Source of the DNA: Candidatus Nomurabacteria bacterium
GTDB taxonomy: Bacteria; Patescibacteriota; Minisyncoccia; Phycocordibacterales; UBA5272
DNA length: 64,000 nt
Reading direction: 5' to 3'
Assembly: GCA_037130925.1 (NCBI GenBank)
Contig: JBAXSC010000001.1
Location: forward strand, 253,877 to 317,876
The notes under the pieces were generated by a model. It was not told the DNA's origin. It worked only from the letters and a program-made list of their open reading frames with translations, and did no database searches. Of the stretch, positions 19,306 to 27,943 are shown one piece after another (the first letter of the stretch is position 1; each line of letters starts with the position of its first letter). The translations under genes and the position numbers were made by a program.

Positions 19306-19433
19306 AGTCACCCAAGACTAGTTTTTTGGGAGAGACAGGAGTGTGGGATTCTTCTATCTCCCCTGTTCATAATTATAGCAAGAGCAAAATCAGATGCAAT
19401 ATTTACAAAAAATAATTTTATTTCATTATTAAA

Positions 19434-19730
19434 TTATTTCTTTTTTGGATACAAAATATTAAATATTTCAAAATCTAAATTTATACCAACAAAAGAAAAT
19501 ATCTTAACCACCATTGTCCAAATAGAATTAAATAAAGTATCTAATCCTAAATTTTTAAAGAATAAAAAGAAATCAAATTCCATTTTATAATCAAATTTAA
19601 GAGCTTTAGCTTTAGCTTGGTAAGACTCTCCAGTATTTCCTATTATAGTTGCATAAGCAACTATAACACCAAATAAAAAGGCAAGTATAGAATATATTAT
19701 AAGATTGTATGAATAAATTTCTAATATCAT
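19434..19730 (-). CDS. small membrane protein (98 aa from Met-14 of the track ORF)
   Basis: Hydrophobic N-terminal half. The ATG at 19730 lies 4 nt after the stop of the upstream 34-aa ORF. Confidence 0.45.
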   Translation of the reverse strand: MILEIYSYNLIIYSILAFLFGVIVAYATIIGNTGESYQAKAKALKFDYKMEFDFFLFFKNLGLDTLFNSIWTMVVKIFSFVGINLDFEIFNILYPKKK

Positions 19731-19734
19731 AATT

Positions 19735-19839
19735 TTACTTGAGCCACTTAATAGTGTAATAAAAACCAACTATATATCCTCCGATGAATAATATTAAAAG
19801 CCATATGAATAAACTCTCTGCTGATATATCTACTAACAT
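19735..19839 (-). CDS. 34-aa single-TM peptide (not in ORF track)
   Basis: Reads MLVDISAESLFIWLLILFIGGYIVGFYYTIKWLK. TTGACA (19872-19877), 17 nt, TAGTAT, then 9 nt to the ATG, so the leader is near zero. Confidence 0.35.
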   Translation of the reverse strand: MLVDISAESLFIWLLILFIGGYIVGFYYTIKWLK

Positions 19840-19880
19840 AGTTATATAATACTACAATATATAACTTTATTTGTCAAATA

Positions 19881-21242
19881 CTATTTTAATGCAGTGATAG
19901 CATTTTCTATTCTAGAAACAGACTCTGTAATACCTAAAATACTTAATAAAGTTTTTGGATCTGGAGATTTTTCCTTTCCAGAAAGACAATAACGTAGAGG
20001 CCAAAGTATGTCGCCTTTACCTTTTACTTCAGCTAAAGTGTAGATTTCTTTCCATAAATCTTCAATATCAAAAGAAACATTCTTTTCTAAAATATCTTTT
20101 ATTTCTTGTAGATTAATTAAAGTATTTTCCTTGTCAGACTTTTTCCAAATTAATTTTTCAGGATTCTTTTCTTCATTACTATTATCGAATACTGGTGCAA
20201 AGATATAATATTCTAATTCTCCAGTATCATGCATAGATTTTAACTCTCCATAAAAATTAATTCTATCTATTAATACAGGTCTTAATTTTTGAATTAATTC
20301 TTCTGAATATTTTTCTATTTCTGGTAAATATTTTTTAATATAAATAACCTGTTCTTCTTCAGATTGTTTTTTAATATATTCCTTATTAAACCAATTTAAT
20401 TTTTCTACATTAAATACAGCTCCACCTTTTTGAACTTTATTAATATTAAACTTTTCAATTAATTCGTTTAAAGAAAAAATTTCTTCTTCTCCTCCAGGAT
20501 TCCAACCAAGGAAAGAAACAAAGTTAATCATTGCCTCAGCAAGGTATCCATTCTTTTCATAATATTCCACAGATACCATTTCTCCATGTTTTCTTTTTGA
20601 TAATTTTTCTCTTATCTCAGAAAGAATAAGAGGAATATGTCCATATACAGGCCTCTCTCTTTCATTAATAGCCTCCCAGATAAGTATTTGTCTTGGAACA
20701 TTAGAAATATGTTCCTCGCCACGAATCACGTGAGTAATACCCATAATAATATCATCTACAACATTTGATAAATGAAAAATAGGCTCATCAAGACTTTTTG
20801 CAATTACAAAATCTCCAAGATCTGTAGTATCAAAAGTTATTTCGCCCTTAACCATATCAACAAAAGTAATTTTTTTATTTGGATTTTTAAAACGAACCAC
20901 TTCTGATCTTTGGCCTTCTTCTTTTACTTCTTCTTTAGAAATATAAGCATGACCATCAGAAATTAATTTCTCTAAATATTTTCTATGAATATGAAAATTA
21001 TCAGACTGCATAAATGTGTCATCAAATTCTAAATTAAGCCATTTAAAAGCTTTGATTATACCGTCTGTGAATTCTTGTTTATTTCTTTCTAGATCCGTAT
21101 CTTCTATTCTCAAAATAATTCTTCCCTCATTTTGCTTTGTGTATAAATAATTAAATAAAGCACTTCTAGCTCCTCCAATATGAAGAAAGCCTGTTGGGCT
21201 TGGTGCAAATCTTGTAACTATCTTTTTATTTTCTGTTGTCAT
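19881..21242 (-). CDS. gltX: glutamyl-tRNA synthetase
   Basis: FLHIGGARSALFNY (HIGH) and KLSKR (KMSKS) motifs. The start is set at Met-20 of the track ORF (MTTENKKIVTRFAPSPTG). Confidence 0.9.
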   Translation of the reverse strand: MTTENKKIVTRFAPSPTGFLHIGGARSALFNYLYTKQNEGRIILRIEDTDLERNKQEFTDGIIKAFKWLNLEFDDTFMQSDNFHIHRKYLEKLISDGHAYISKEEVKEEGQRSEVVRFKNPNKKITFVDMVKGEITFDTTDLGDFVIAKSLDEPIFHLSNVVDDIIMGITHVIRGEEHISNVPRQILIWEAINERERPVYGHIPLILSEIREKLSKRKHGEMVSVEYYEKNGYLAEAMINFVSFLGWNPGGEEEIFSLNELIEKFNINKVQKGGAVFNVEKLNWFNKEYIKKQSEEEQVIYIKKYLPEIEKYSEELIQKLRPVLIDRINFYGELKSMHDTGELEYYIFAPVFDNSNEEKNPEKLIWKKSDKENTLINLQEIKDILEKNVSFDIEDLWKEIYTLAEVKGKGDILWPLRYCLSGKEKSPDPKTLLSILGITESVSRIENAITALK

Positions 21243-21290
21243 AGCTTTTAAAATATATTCAAATATTACCACAAAATCCCCTCTTTTCAG

Positions 21291-21330
21291 ACTTGACAAT
21301 AATATTTATAATGTTATACTTATATCAGTT
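21291..21330 (+). promoter_or_regulatory. conserved 40-nt promoter cassette, copy C
   Basis: Reads ACTTGACAATAATATTTATAATGTTATACTTATATCAGTT, matching copies A and B at 36/40 or better. Confidence 0.65.
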
Positions 21331-21369
21331 TTAAACAAAATTAATTAACGTTCTAAATATTATCATTAA

Positions 21370-21648
21370 ATGAAAAAGATTCTAAAAAATTTTACAGAAT
21401 TAAACAGAAGAGTATTATTTATTCTTTCAAAAGTAAGAGAAGCAAAGATTGCATATGTTTGCGCAAACATACTTTTGTTGATTAGTGCCATCAAAAGCTT
21501 TACAGACAATAATAAGGTAATGGGGCTTGTCTGTCTTATTACTATAATGTTACAATATGTAACATTATTATTTTTCTTCGGTAAGATACTGTATCCAATA
21601 TTTTATAAAAGATATATGGGCAGTATTTCTCCACAAAAAGCGGAGTAG
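21370..21648 (+). CDS. hypothetical small membrane protein (92 aa)
   Basis: Two hydrophobic segments; driven by promoter cassette copy C. Confidence 0.5.
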   Translation: MKKILKNFTELNRRVLFILSKVREAKIAYVCANILLLISAIKSFTDNNKVMGLVCLITIMLQYVTLLFFFGKILYPIFYKRYMGSISPQKAE

Positions 21649-21800
21649 AGCCTGAGCACATACATAATACAATAGAGGTCGGGATATGAAAATATTTCGG
21701 CTTTTTTATTTTGTTTTTTTAAATTGACAAATATTAATTAATATAATAAACTAGCTTCAGTTCTTTCAAAACATTTTTTTAAAATATTAAATTTATAATC

Positions 21801-22205
21801 ATGAACACATCAGTTACGATTAGCGATCATCCTTTCTATGAAACAAAAGAAGGAAAAGAAGCAAAAGAAATTTTGGTTAAACTTACTGAAATATGTGGGT
21901 TTGATACAACAATCGGTGTCCAATATTTTGAAGCCGACTCGCCTATGATAAATTTAGGCATCATAGATCCAAACTCAAAAAGTAAAATTCCATCTTTTAA
22001 AATGGGAAAACAAATCGATCTTTATTTAAGAAACAAAAGAAAACCTATACAATTTCATCGTCCTACCAATAGAGATTATGAGACTAGGAAAAAAATATTT
22101 CTTCCATTAAAAAAACACTGGAAAGAAATTAATTCTCTTTTAGAAAAATATTACTACCCTCGTGGACATGACTACTATCTTTCAAAAGGAGTAGTTATTA
22201 ATTAA
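21801..22205 (+). CDS. hypothetical protein (134 aa)
   Basis: ORF with an upstream TTGACA promoter (about 21724) and a downstream hairpin (AAAAGCCAAC..GTTGGCTTTT). Confidence 0.5.
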   Translation: MNTSVTISDHPFYETKEGKEAKEILVKLTEICGFDTTIGVQYFEADSPMINLGIIDPNSKSKIPSFKMGKQIDLYLRNKRKPIQFHRPTNRDYETRKKIFLPLKKHWKEINSLLEKYYYPRGHDYYLSKGVVIN

Positions 22206-22330
22206 GAATATTTTTAAAATATTAAAAAGCCAACTATAAATGTTGGCTTTTAATTTTAATTTTTTTGATTGACATAAATAGTAAAAAATATTAGTATCAA
22301 TATATTCTTTTACAATTTAAATTAATTTAA

Positions 22331-22546
22331 ATGAAATCAAAAATTAATCTAGATAAACTTATTTTAAAAACAAGGACTCGTAGATTTTTTGCATGGTTAC
22401 CAATAAAAATCAATGAAGATATAAGATTTTTAAAAACTGTAACAGTCGAAGAACAATACAGATTTGGTTTTAAAAAAATAACTTTTTTAAACATTGTTAA
22501 ATTACCATGCGGATATTACTGGAAAAAGGTAAAGTTTATTAATTAA
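22331..22546 (+). CDS. hypothetical small basic protein (71 aa)
   Basis: ORF preceded by a TTGACA promoter at about 22270. Confidence 0.4.
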   Translation: MKSKINLDKLILKTRTRRFFAWLPIKINEDIRFLKTVTVEEQYRFGFKKITFLNIVKLPCGYYWKKVKFIN

Positions 22547-23108
22547 GAAAAGATTCTTCAAAATCTTTGGTTGCTTCTTTTTCAGAAGCACCATGAAGGC
22601 CGGCGTACCAAATGTCGGCTTTTTTTATTTTAGAAATAGAGAGAGCGTGAGATACAACTATTTCATGACTTGAAATATCAAGATTTGGAATCGCATCAAT
22701 TTCCCCTGTCTCACCATTTTCATCTGTCACAAAAATAAATTTTACTTTTTCTTCTCCGACTACTCCTTTGATATTTTCAGTTACTAAAATATTTGAACGA
22801 GAAATTATTTTTCCTTTTACTCCTGCGATACCTCTAATATTTATTTTCGATTTTGTATAGCTCGCATTATGATTCACAATACAAGAAACATCACAGACAT
22901 AATTAACAGATTTATATCTTCCAATAAATTCTATACTCGCTCCTTCAATATTTAAATTGATAATAGTATGAGATATAAAATCATTTTCTAAATTCCTCTC
23001 TTCTATTTTATATTCTTTTGCTTCATCACAATTAATAACCTTCACTGCTTTAGCGATTTCTTCCTCTGTAAATTTTGTACTTATTTTTAATGCGTAATTT
23101 ATAGACAT
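22539..23108 (-). CDS. short SufD-like (SufBD family) protein
   Basis: Lies 4 nt downstream of sufB. The sequence is beta-helix-like (NIRGIAGVKGKIISRSNILV; PNLDISSHEIVVSHALSISKI). At 189 aa it is much shorter than canonical SufD. Confidence 0.5.
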   Translation of the reverse strand: MSINYALKISTKFTEEEIAKAVKVINCDEAKEYKIEERNLENDFISHTIINLNIEGASIEFIGRYKSVNYVCDVSCIVNHNASYTKSKINIRGIAGVKGKIISRSNILVTENIKGVVGEEKVKFIFVTDENGETGEIDAIPNLDISSHEIVVSHALSISKIKKADIWYAGLHGASEKEATKDFEESFLN

Positions 23109-23112
23109 AATT

Positions 23113-24501
23113 TTACATTCCTTCTATTTCAAGATCGATTAATTTATTTAATTCTACCGCGTATTCTAATGGAAGCTTTTTTATTACTTCACTTGCAAAT
23201 CCTCCAATAATAAGTCTCTGTGCTCCATATTCATCAAAGCCGTGTAAGTTTGTATAAAAGATTTCTTTTTCTGAAAGCTGACCAACTTTCGCTTCATGAG
23301 AAATTTCCACATCTTTATTTGAAACTTTATTTACGGGGATAGCTAAAGCTTTTGATTTTTTATCTAAAAGTAAAGTGTCACAAGCAACGACAACTTTAGA
23401 ATTTTTTGCATTTTTCCCAATCTCAACATATCCACGATAAGTAGAAACTCCGCCATTTTTCGCAATAGATTTTGATTTGATAACTGATGAAGTATTTGGG
23501 GCTAGATGTATAACTTTTGATCCCACATCTTGATATTGATCTTTTCCTGCCATTGCAATACCAAGACTTTCGCTACGAGCATACTCACCGAGCAAAACAG
23601 AAGAAGGATAAAGCATCGTGGTATGAGAACCAGTATTCCCATTAAGCCATTCAACTTCACCTCTTTCATATACAAGAGCTTTTTTAGTATTTAAATTAAA
23701 AACATTTTTACTCCAATTTTCGATACTTGAATATTTTATTTTTGCACCTTTTAAGACAAATAATTCTACACCTCCAGCATGAATAGAAGAAAAACTATAT
23801 CTCGGAGCAGAACAACCTTCAATATATTCTACAGAACTTCCTTCGTCAGCAATAATGATAGTATGCTCGAATTGTCCACCTTTTTCTTTATTCATTCTAA
23901 AATAAGATTGTAGAGGCATTTTAACTTTCACTCCTTTTGGTACATAAATAAATGTTCCTCCACTCCAGACCGCAGCATGAAGCATTGCAAATTTATGCTC
24001 ATTTAATTTTATACAATCAGTCATGAAATATTTTTTCACAAGCTTTGGATATTTTTCTACAGCAGTATCCATATTTTCAAAAACAACCCCTTGCTTTTTA
24101 AGAGAATCTTTTATTGAATGATAAACAACTCCAGAGTCATATTGCGCTCCTACACCACCAAGATATTCACGCTCGGCTTTTGGTATTCCAAGTTTTTCAA
24201 ATTGGTCACTTATTTCTTTTGGTACTTCACTCCAAGAATTTTGCTCTTTCAAATCTGTCGGTATATAGTAAATTATTTCATTTAGATTTAATCCAGATAA
24301 ATCTGGTCCCCAACTTGGCATTTTTGCTTTTTTATAATAATTAAAAGCCTCGAGTCTCTTTTCAAGCATCCAGTCTGGCTCGTTTTTATCTTTTGAAATA
24401 CTTCGAACTAATTCCTCTGTTAATCCAAAAGAAAAATCAAAAGAATTATCTTGTAATTCTTTTTTATTAATCCCAAATTTTCCCAATAGTTTTTTAAACA
24501 T
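23113..24501 (-). CDS. sufB: Fe-S cluster assembly protein SufB
   Basis: 462 aa with a SufB-like core (FEHTIIIADEGSSVEYIEGCSAP; SHEAKVGQLSEKEIFYTNLHG). Confidence 0.9.
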   Translation of the reverse strand: MFKKLLGKFGINKKELQDNSFDFSFGLTEELVRSISKDKNEPDWMLEKRLEAFNYYKKAKMPSWGPDLSGLNLNEIIYYIPTDLKEQNSWSEVPKEISDQFEKLGIPKAEREYLGGVGAQYDSGVVYHSIKDSLKKQGVVFENMDTAVEKYPKLVKKYFMTDCIKLNEHKFAMLHAAVWSGGTFIYVPKGVKVKMPLQSYFRMNKEKGGQFEHTIIIADEGSSVEYIEGCSAPRYSFSSIHAGGVELFVLKGAKIKYSSIENWSKNVFNLNTKKALVYERGEVEWLNGNTGSHTTMLYPSSVLLGEYARSESLGIAMAGKDQYQDVGSKVIHLAPNTSSVIKSKSIAKNGGVSTYRGYVEIGKNAKNSKVVVACDTLLLDKKSKALAIPVNKVSNKDVEISHEAKVGQLSEKEIFYTNLHGFDEYGAQRLIIGGFASEVIKKLPLEYAVELNKLIDLEIEGM

Positions 24502-24540
24502 TCTTAATATAATAATACATTTTTGACTTTTTATAAAGAC

Positions 24541-24570
24541 TTGACAAATAATAAATATATGTGATATAAT
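24541..24570 (+). promoter_or_regulatory. promoter of ORF 24616
   Basis: TTGACA at 24541-24546, 18-nt spacer, TGaTATAAT at 24562-24570. The leader contains the hairpin CTTAGT..ACTAAG. Confidence 0.6.
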
Positions 24571-24615
24571 TATAAAACTTAGTGATTTTACTAAGAGTTC
24601 TTTAAATTAAATATT

Positions 24616-24879
24616 GTGAATAATAATTTCGAACAAGAATGGCAAGGCCTCAGCAAACAAGAAAAAGAATTAATGAAACAATGGACACAAAGCATTGAAA
24701 GAAAAGATGTATTAATGTCCAAATGGCCTAAAACTGAATTTGGAACAGACGAAATGGGAGCTTTACTTAATGAGCTTGCTGAAGAGTCAAAATTAGAGAC
24801 CGAAATAATGGCCAAGCTGGAAAAGATTGATAAGCAACAATTCGCACTTATTGAAAAAGAAAGAAAAGTTAAAAGATAA
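24616..24879 (+). CDS. hypothetical small acidic protein (87 aa, GTG start)
   Basis: ORF between a consensus promoter and the hairpin terminator at 24903-24927. Confidence 0.45.
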   Translation: MNNNFEQEWQGLSKQEKELMKQWTQSIERKDVLMSKWPKTEFGTDEMGALLNELAEESKLETEIMAKLEKIDKQQFALIEKERKVKR

Positions 24880-24902
24880 AAAATTAATCTTTTCTAAAAA
24901 AT

Positions 24903-24927
24903 AAATCCCGCAAAATTTGCGGGATTT
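24903..24927. terminator. bidirectional terminator (ORF 24616 / proS)
   Basis: AAATCCCGC / GCGGGATTT, a 9-bp stem. Confidence 0.75.
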
Positions 24928-24938
24928 AAATTTATTTA

Positions 24939-26195
24939 TTATTTATATTCTTCCAAAAAATCTTCGATTGAAACGATTTTACTTTCACTCTCATTTCTCT
25001 TTTTAATTTCTATTCCTCCTTTTTCTAAAGACTTTTCTGAAATGACGACACGAAGTGGAATACCAATTAAGTCTGCATCAGAGAATTTTTCTCCAGCTGA
25101 TTTATTTTCTCTATCATCAAAAAGTACTTCAATATCATCTTCTACTAATTTGTCATAAATATTTTTTGCTTGTTTATAGACTTCGCTTTCTTTATCTTTT
25201 GAAAGAGATAATAAATGAATTTGAAATGGAGCGACAGACTCTGGCCAAACAATTCCTTTTTCATCTGCAAAAACTTCTACTATTGTACCCATGAGTCTTG
25301 TGATACCAATCCCATATGACCCCATATATACAGGTCTGACTTCTCCATCTTGATCTTTATAATTCAAATCTAAAGGATCTGAAAATTTAAATGCGAGTGA
25401 GAAAATATTCCCAACTTCGATAGCTTTTTCTTCTACGAGATTATTTTTATCAATATTTAATTCTTCCAAAACTTCATCATTTAAAACTTCTTTATTGATA
25501 GCAATATTTTTATTTTTATCTATATAAATAAGATCTTCTCCAGCATCTGAGATAGTTTGAAATTCGTGTGAGAATTTTGCAAATGTTCCACCACTAGCAA
25601 AAGTTAAATATGTTTTGTCTTCTAGACCGGCTCTACAAAATACATTCATATAAGCAATCTTTGCTTTTTCATAAAACATATCATGTTCATCTTTGTCTTT
25701 AGAAAATGAGTACAAAGCTTTCCAATAAAATTCTCTTCCTCTCATCATTCCTGATTTACTTCTCGCTTCATTTCTAAAAATTTCTTTAAAATCATAAGGA
25801 TAAACAGGAAGATCTTTGTATGAATTAATATATTGCTTCATTATGTTTGTATAAGCTTCTTCATTTGTAAACGAAAGACCAACTTGAGTTCCATTTTTTA
25901 ATTCTGTTTTAAACCAATTATCTACAACATCATCACTCCATCTATTTGTTTTCTCCCAAGCATCTTTTGTTTGAATAATAGAAGTCTTCATTTCCATTCC
26001 TCCTATCGCATTCATTTCTTCACGAATAATATTTTCGATTTTATTTATAACTCTCATTCCAAGAGGAAGTAAAGTATAAACTCCTGCCATTTCTTTAAAC
26101 ACATATCCGGCCTGAATTAAAAGCTGTGCATTACGAGCTTGTTCATCGGCAGGAATGTCTTTTTTAGTTTTAGAAAAAAGTTTTGATTGAAGCAT
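24939..26195 (-). CDS. proS: prolyl-tRNA synthetase, short form without the INS editing domain
   Basis: N-terminus MLQSKLFSKTKKDIPADEQARNAQLLIQAGYV plus a class II core. At 418 aa there is no room for the bacterial insertion domain. Confidence 0.85.
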   Translation of the reverse strand: MLQSKLFSKTKKDIPADEQARNAQLLIQAGYVFKEMAGVYTLLPLGMRVINKIENIIREEMNAIGGMEMKTSIIQTKDAWEKTNRWSDDVVDNWFKTELKNGTQVGLSFTNEEAYTNIMKQYINSYKDLPVYPYDFKEIFRNEARSKSGMMRGREFYWKALYSFSKDKDEHDMFYEKAKIAYMNVFCRAGLEDKTYLTFASGGTFAKFSHEFQTISDAGEDLIYIDKNKNIAINKEVLNDEVLEELNIDKNNLVEEKAIEVGNIFSLAFKFSDPLDLNYKDQDGEVRPVYMGSYGIGITRLMGTIVEVFADEKGIVWPESVAPFQIHLLSLSKDKESEVYKQAKNIYDKLVEDDIEVLFDDRENKSAGEKFSDADLIGIPLRVVISEKSLEKGGIEIKKRNESESKIVSIEDFLEEYK

Positions 26196-26344
26196 AAAAA
26201 TATTTATATATATTCATATATTATCTTATTTTTTGAGATATACAAATACTTGACAATACTATAATTTTTAGTTAGTATAATATTAGTTTAAATAAATTAT
26301 TCTTTTACTTGTCATATTTTTCAATCACAAAAAAACATTTAATC

Positions 26345-26656
26345 ATGAATTTAGAAGATGTTAAACAATTAAAAATTGGAGATTTTATAAAATTTTATCA
26401 TCAAGATTTAGAAATAAATAAAACTCCGTCTAAAATTTTGAGTATAAACAGGACTAGTATTACTCTCTGGCATATCCATTACAACAGAAAAGGATATTAT
26501 CATTTTGATAATATAAATCCTGAAATTATCTTAAAAATAGGAGAATCTAAATACAAAAATTATGAGAGATTACTCTTAACTAAAATCGAAAAAGAGATAA
26601 TTGCACATAAAAATAGGATAAAACTTTTAGAAAAAGTATCTAAAAAGAATCCTTGA
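26345..26656 (+). CDS. hypothetical protein (103 aa from the ATG)
   Basis: The track ORF opens at a TTG (26309); the first ATG is at 26345. A terminator hairpin lies at 26677-26696. Confidence 0.45.
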   Translation: MNLEDVKQLKIGDFIKFYHQDLEINKTPSKILSINRTSITLWHIHYNRKGYYHFDNINPEIILKIGESKYKNYERLLLTKIEKEIIAHKNRIKLLEKVSKKNP

Positions 26657-26765
26657 AAACTGAATTTGATTTTTTGAGCCCTGTAATAGCAGGGCTTTGT
26701 TTTTTGTAAAATTTGAATAAATGCTTTTTATTTGCTAGATTAATATAGGACTAAAAATAGAAAAA

Positions 26766-27209
26766 ATGAAAAAGGTATTAAGAATTACCAAATTAATTTT
26801 TTTATTTTTAATAAATTTGTTTATAGGATATTACGTTGAAACTGATAGTATTAAAAAAGTATTTTATTTTCTGTATAAAATGGATGGAAAATTAGAAAAT
26901 ATAAAAATAACAGGAAATGTGATTTTAATATTTATATTCCCTTTGTTTTTTATTCTAATAATAGAATCCTTTAAGAAGGAAGACTTGTTAATATCTTTTA
27001 AAAAATTTGTAAATCAAACATTAACATCTATATATTTCATTTTAATGATATGTATAGCATTGTTTTTATTTGTAACTTTAAAAGACATTAAATATTTCGA
27101 TCTTGATTTATTTATCTATATACTTATCTCAACTTTTGCAATAGGAGTGATATTTGGAACAACTTTTAGTTTACTAGAATGTCTAATAAACATTTTTAGA
27201 AAAAAATAA
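26766..27209 (+). CDS. hypothetical polytopic membrane protein (147 aa)
   Basis: About four hydrophobic segments. Confidence 0.5.
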   Translation: MKKVLRITKLIFLFLINLFIGYYVETDSIKKVFYFLYKMDGKLENIKITGNVILIFIFPLFFILIIESFKKEDLLISFKKFVNQTLTSIYFILMICIALFLFVTLKDIKYFDLDLFIYILISTFAIGVIFGTTFSLLECLINIFRKK

Positions 27210-27216
27210 AAAAATA

Positions 27217-27258
27217 AGACTTCTGAATAATAAATAATTTTATTATTCAGAAGTCTTT
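27217..27258. terminator. bidirectional terminator
   Basis: AAGACTTCTGAATAATAA / TTATTATTCAGAAGTCTT, an 18-bp stem between convergent genes. Confidence 0.75.
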
Positions 27259-27266
27259 TTCATTTC

Positions 27267-27833
27267 TCAAAAAGAATTGTTTGGATTTATTTTTCCAAAA
27301 AGAATTTTATCTAAAATAGTTCCATCAATTAATCTGACATGACTTTTTAGAATCCCCTCCTCACTAAATCCATTCTTTTTTAGAACAAAAGTGCTACCAA
27401 TATTGCCTTCATAAACATTGGCTTCAATCTTTCTAAAATTTAAATTGTTAAAGATGAATTCAGTCATGAGGAATACAGATCTAGTCATATACCCATTTCC
27501 TTCATACTTTTTAGAAAGCCAGTACCCTAGATTACTTATAATATTATTATCATAATCAGGGACGATCCCTATATTTCCAATATATTTACCTTTTTGGATA
27601 AAGATACCGAAATTATATTCTTTACCAGAATTCCAAGACTCTCTTGAAAAATTTAGAAAATCAGAAGAATCCTTTCTCGTATAAGGGTTCGGAAATCTAG
27701 GTCCCACATACTTCGCAATTTCATAATCATCTGCCATATTTGCCAGATAATCTAAATTAATAGTCTGTGAAGGCAAAGGCCTCAAGGAGAGATTCTTGTC
27801 TCCTAAAACCGTTTTTAAGCTTATTCTATTCAT
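27267..27833 (-). CDS. GNAT-family N-acetyltransferase (RimJ/RimL-like)
   Basis: 188 aa with an acetyl-CoA-binding-like segment (YEGNGYMTRSV) and a typical GNAT C-terminal region. Confidence 0.65.
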   Translation of the reverse strand: MNRISLKTVLGDKNLSLRPLPSQTINLDYLANMADDYEIAKYVGPRFPNPYTRKDSSDFLNFSRESWNSGKEYNFGIFIQKGKYIGNIGIVPDYDNNIISNLGYWLSKKYEGNGYMTRSVFLMTEFIFNNLNFRKIEANVYEGNIGSTFVLKKNGFSEEGILKSHVRLIDGTILDKILFGKINPNNSF

Positions 27834-27943
27834 TTTTAAAAAATTTTAATAATTAAAAAATATTTACAACTAAATTTAAAATAACATCTTTTATTTATCA
27901 AGTCAAATAGATTTTTTCGTGTTAAAATTAACAAATAATTTCT

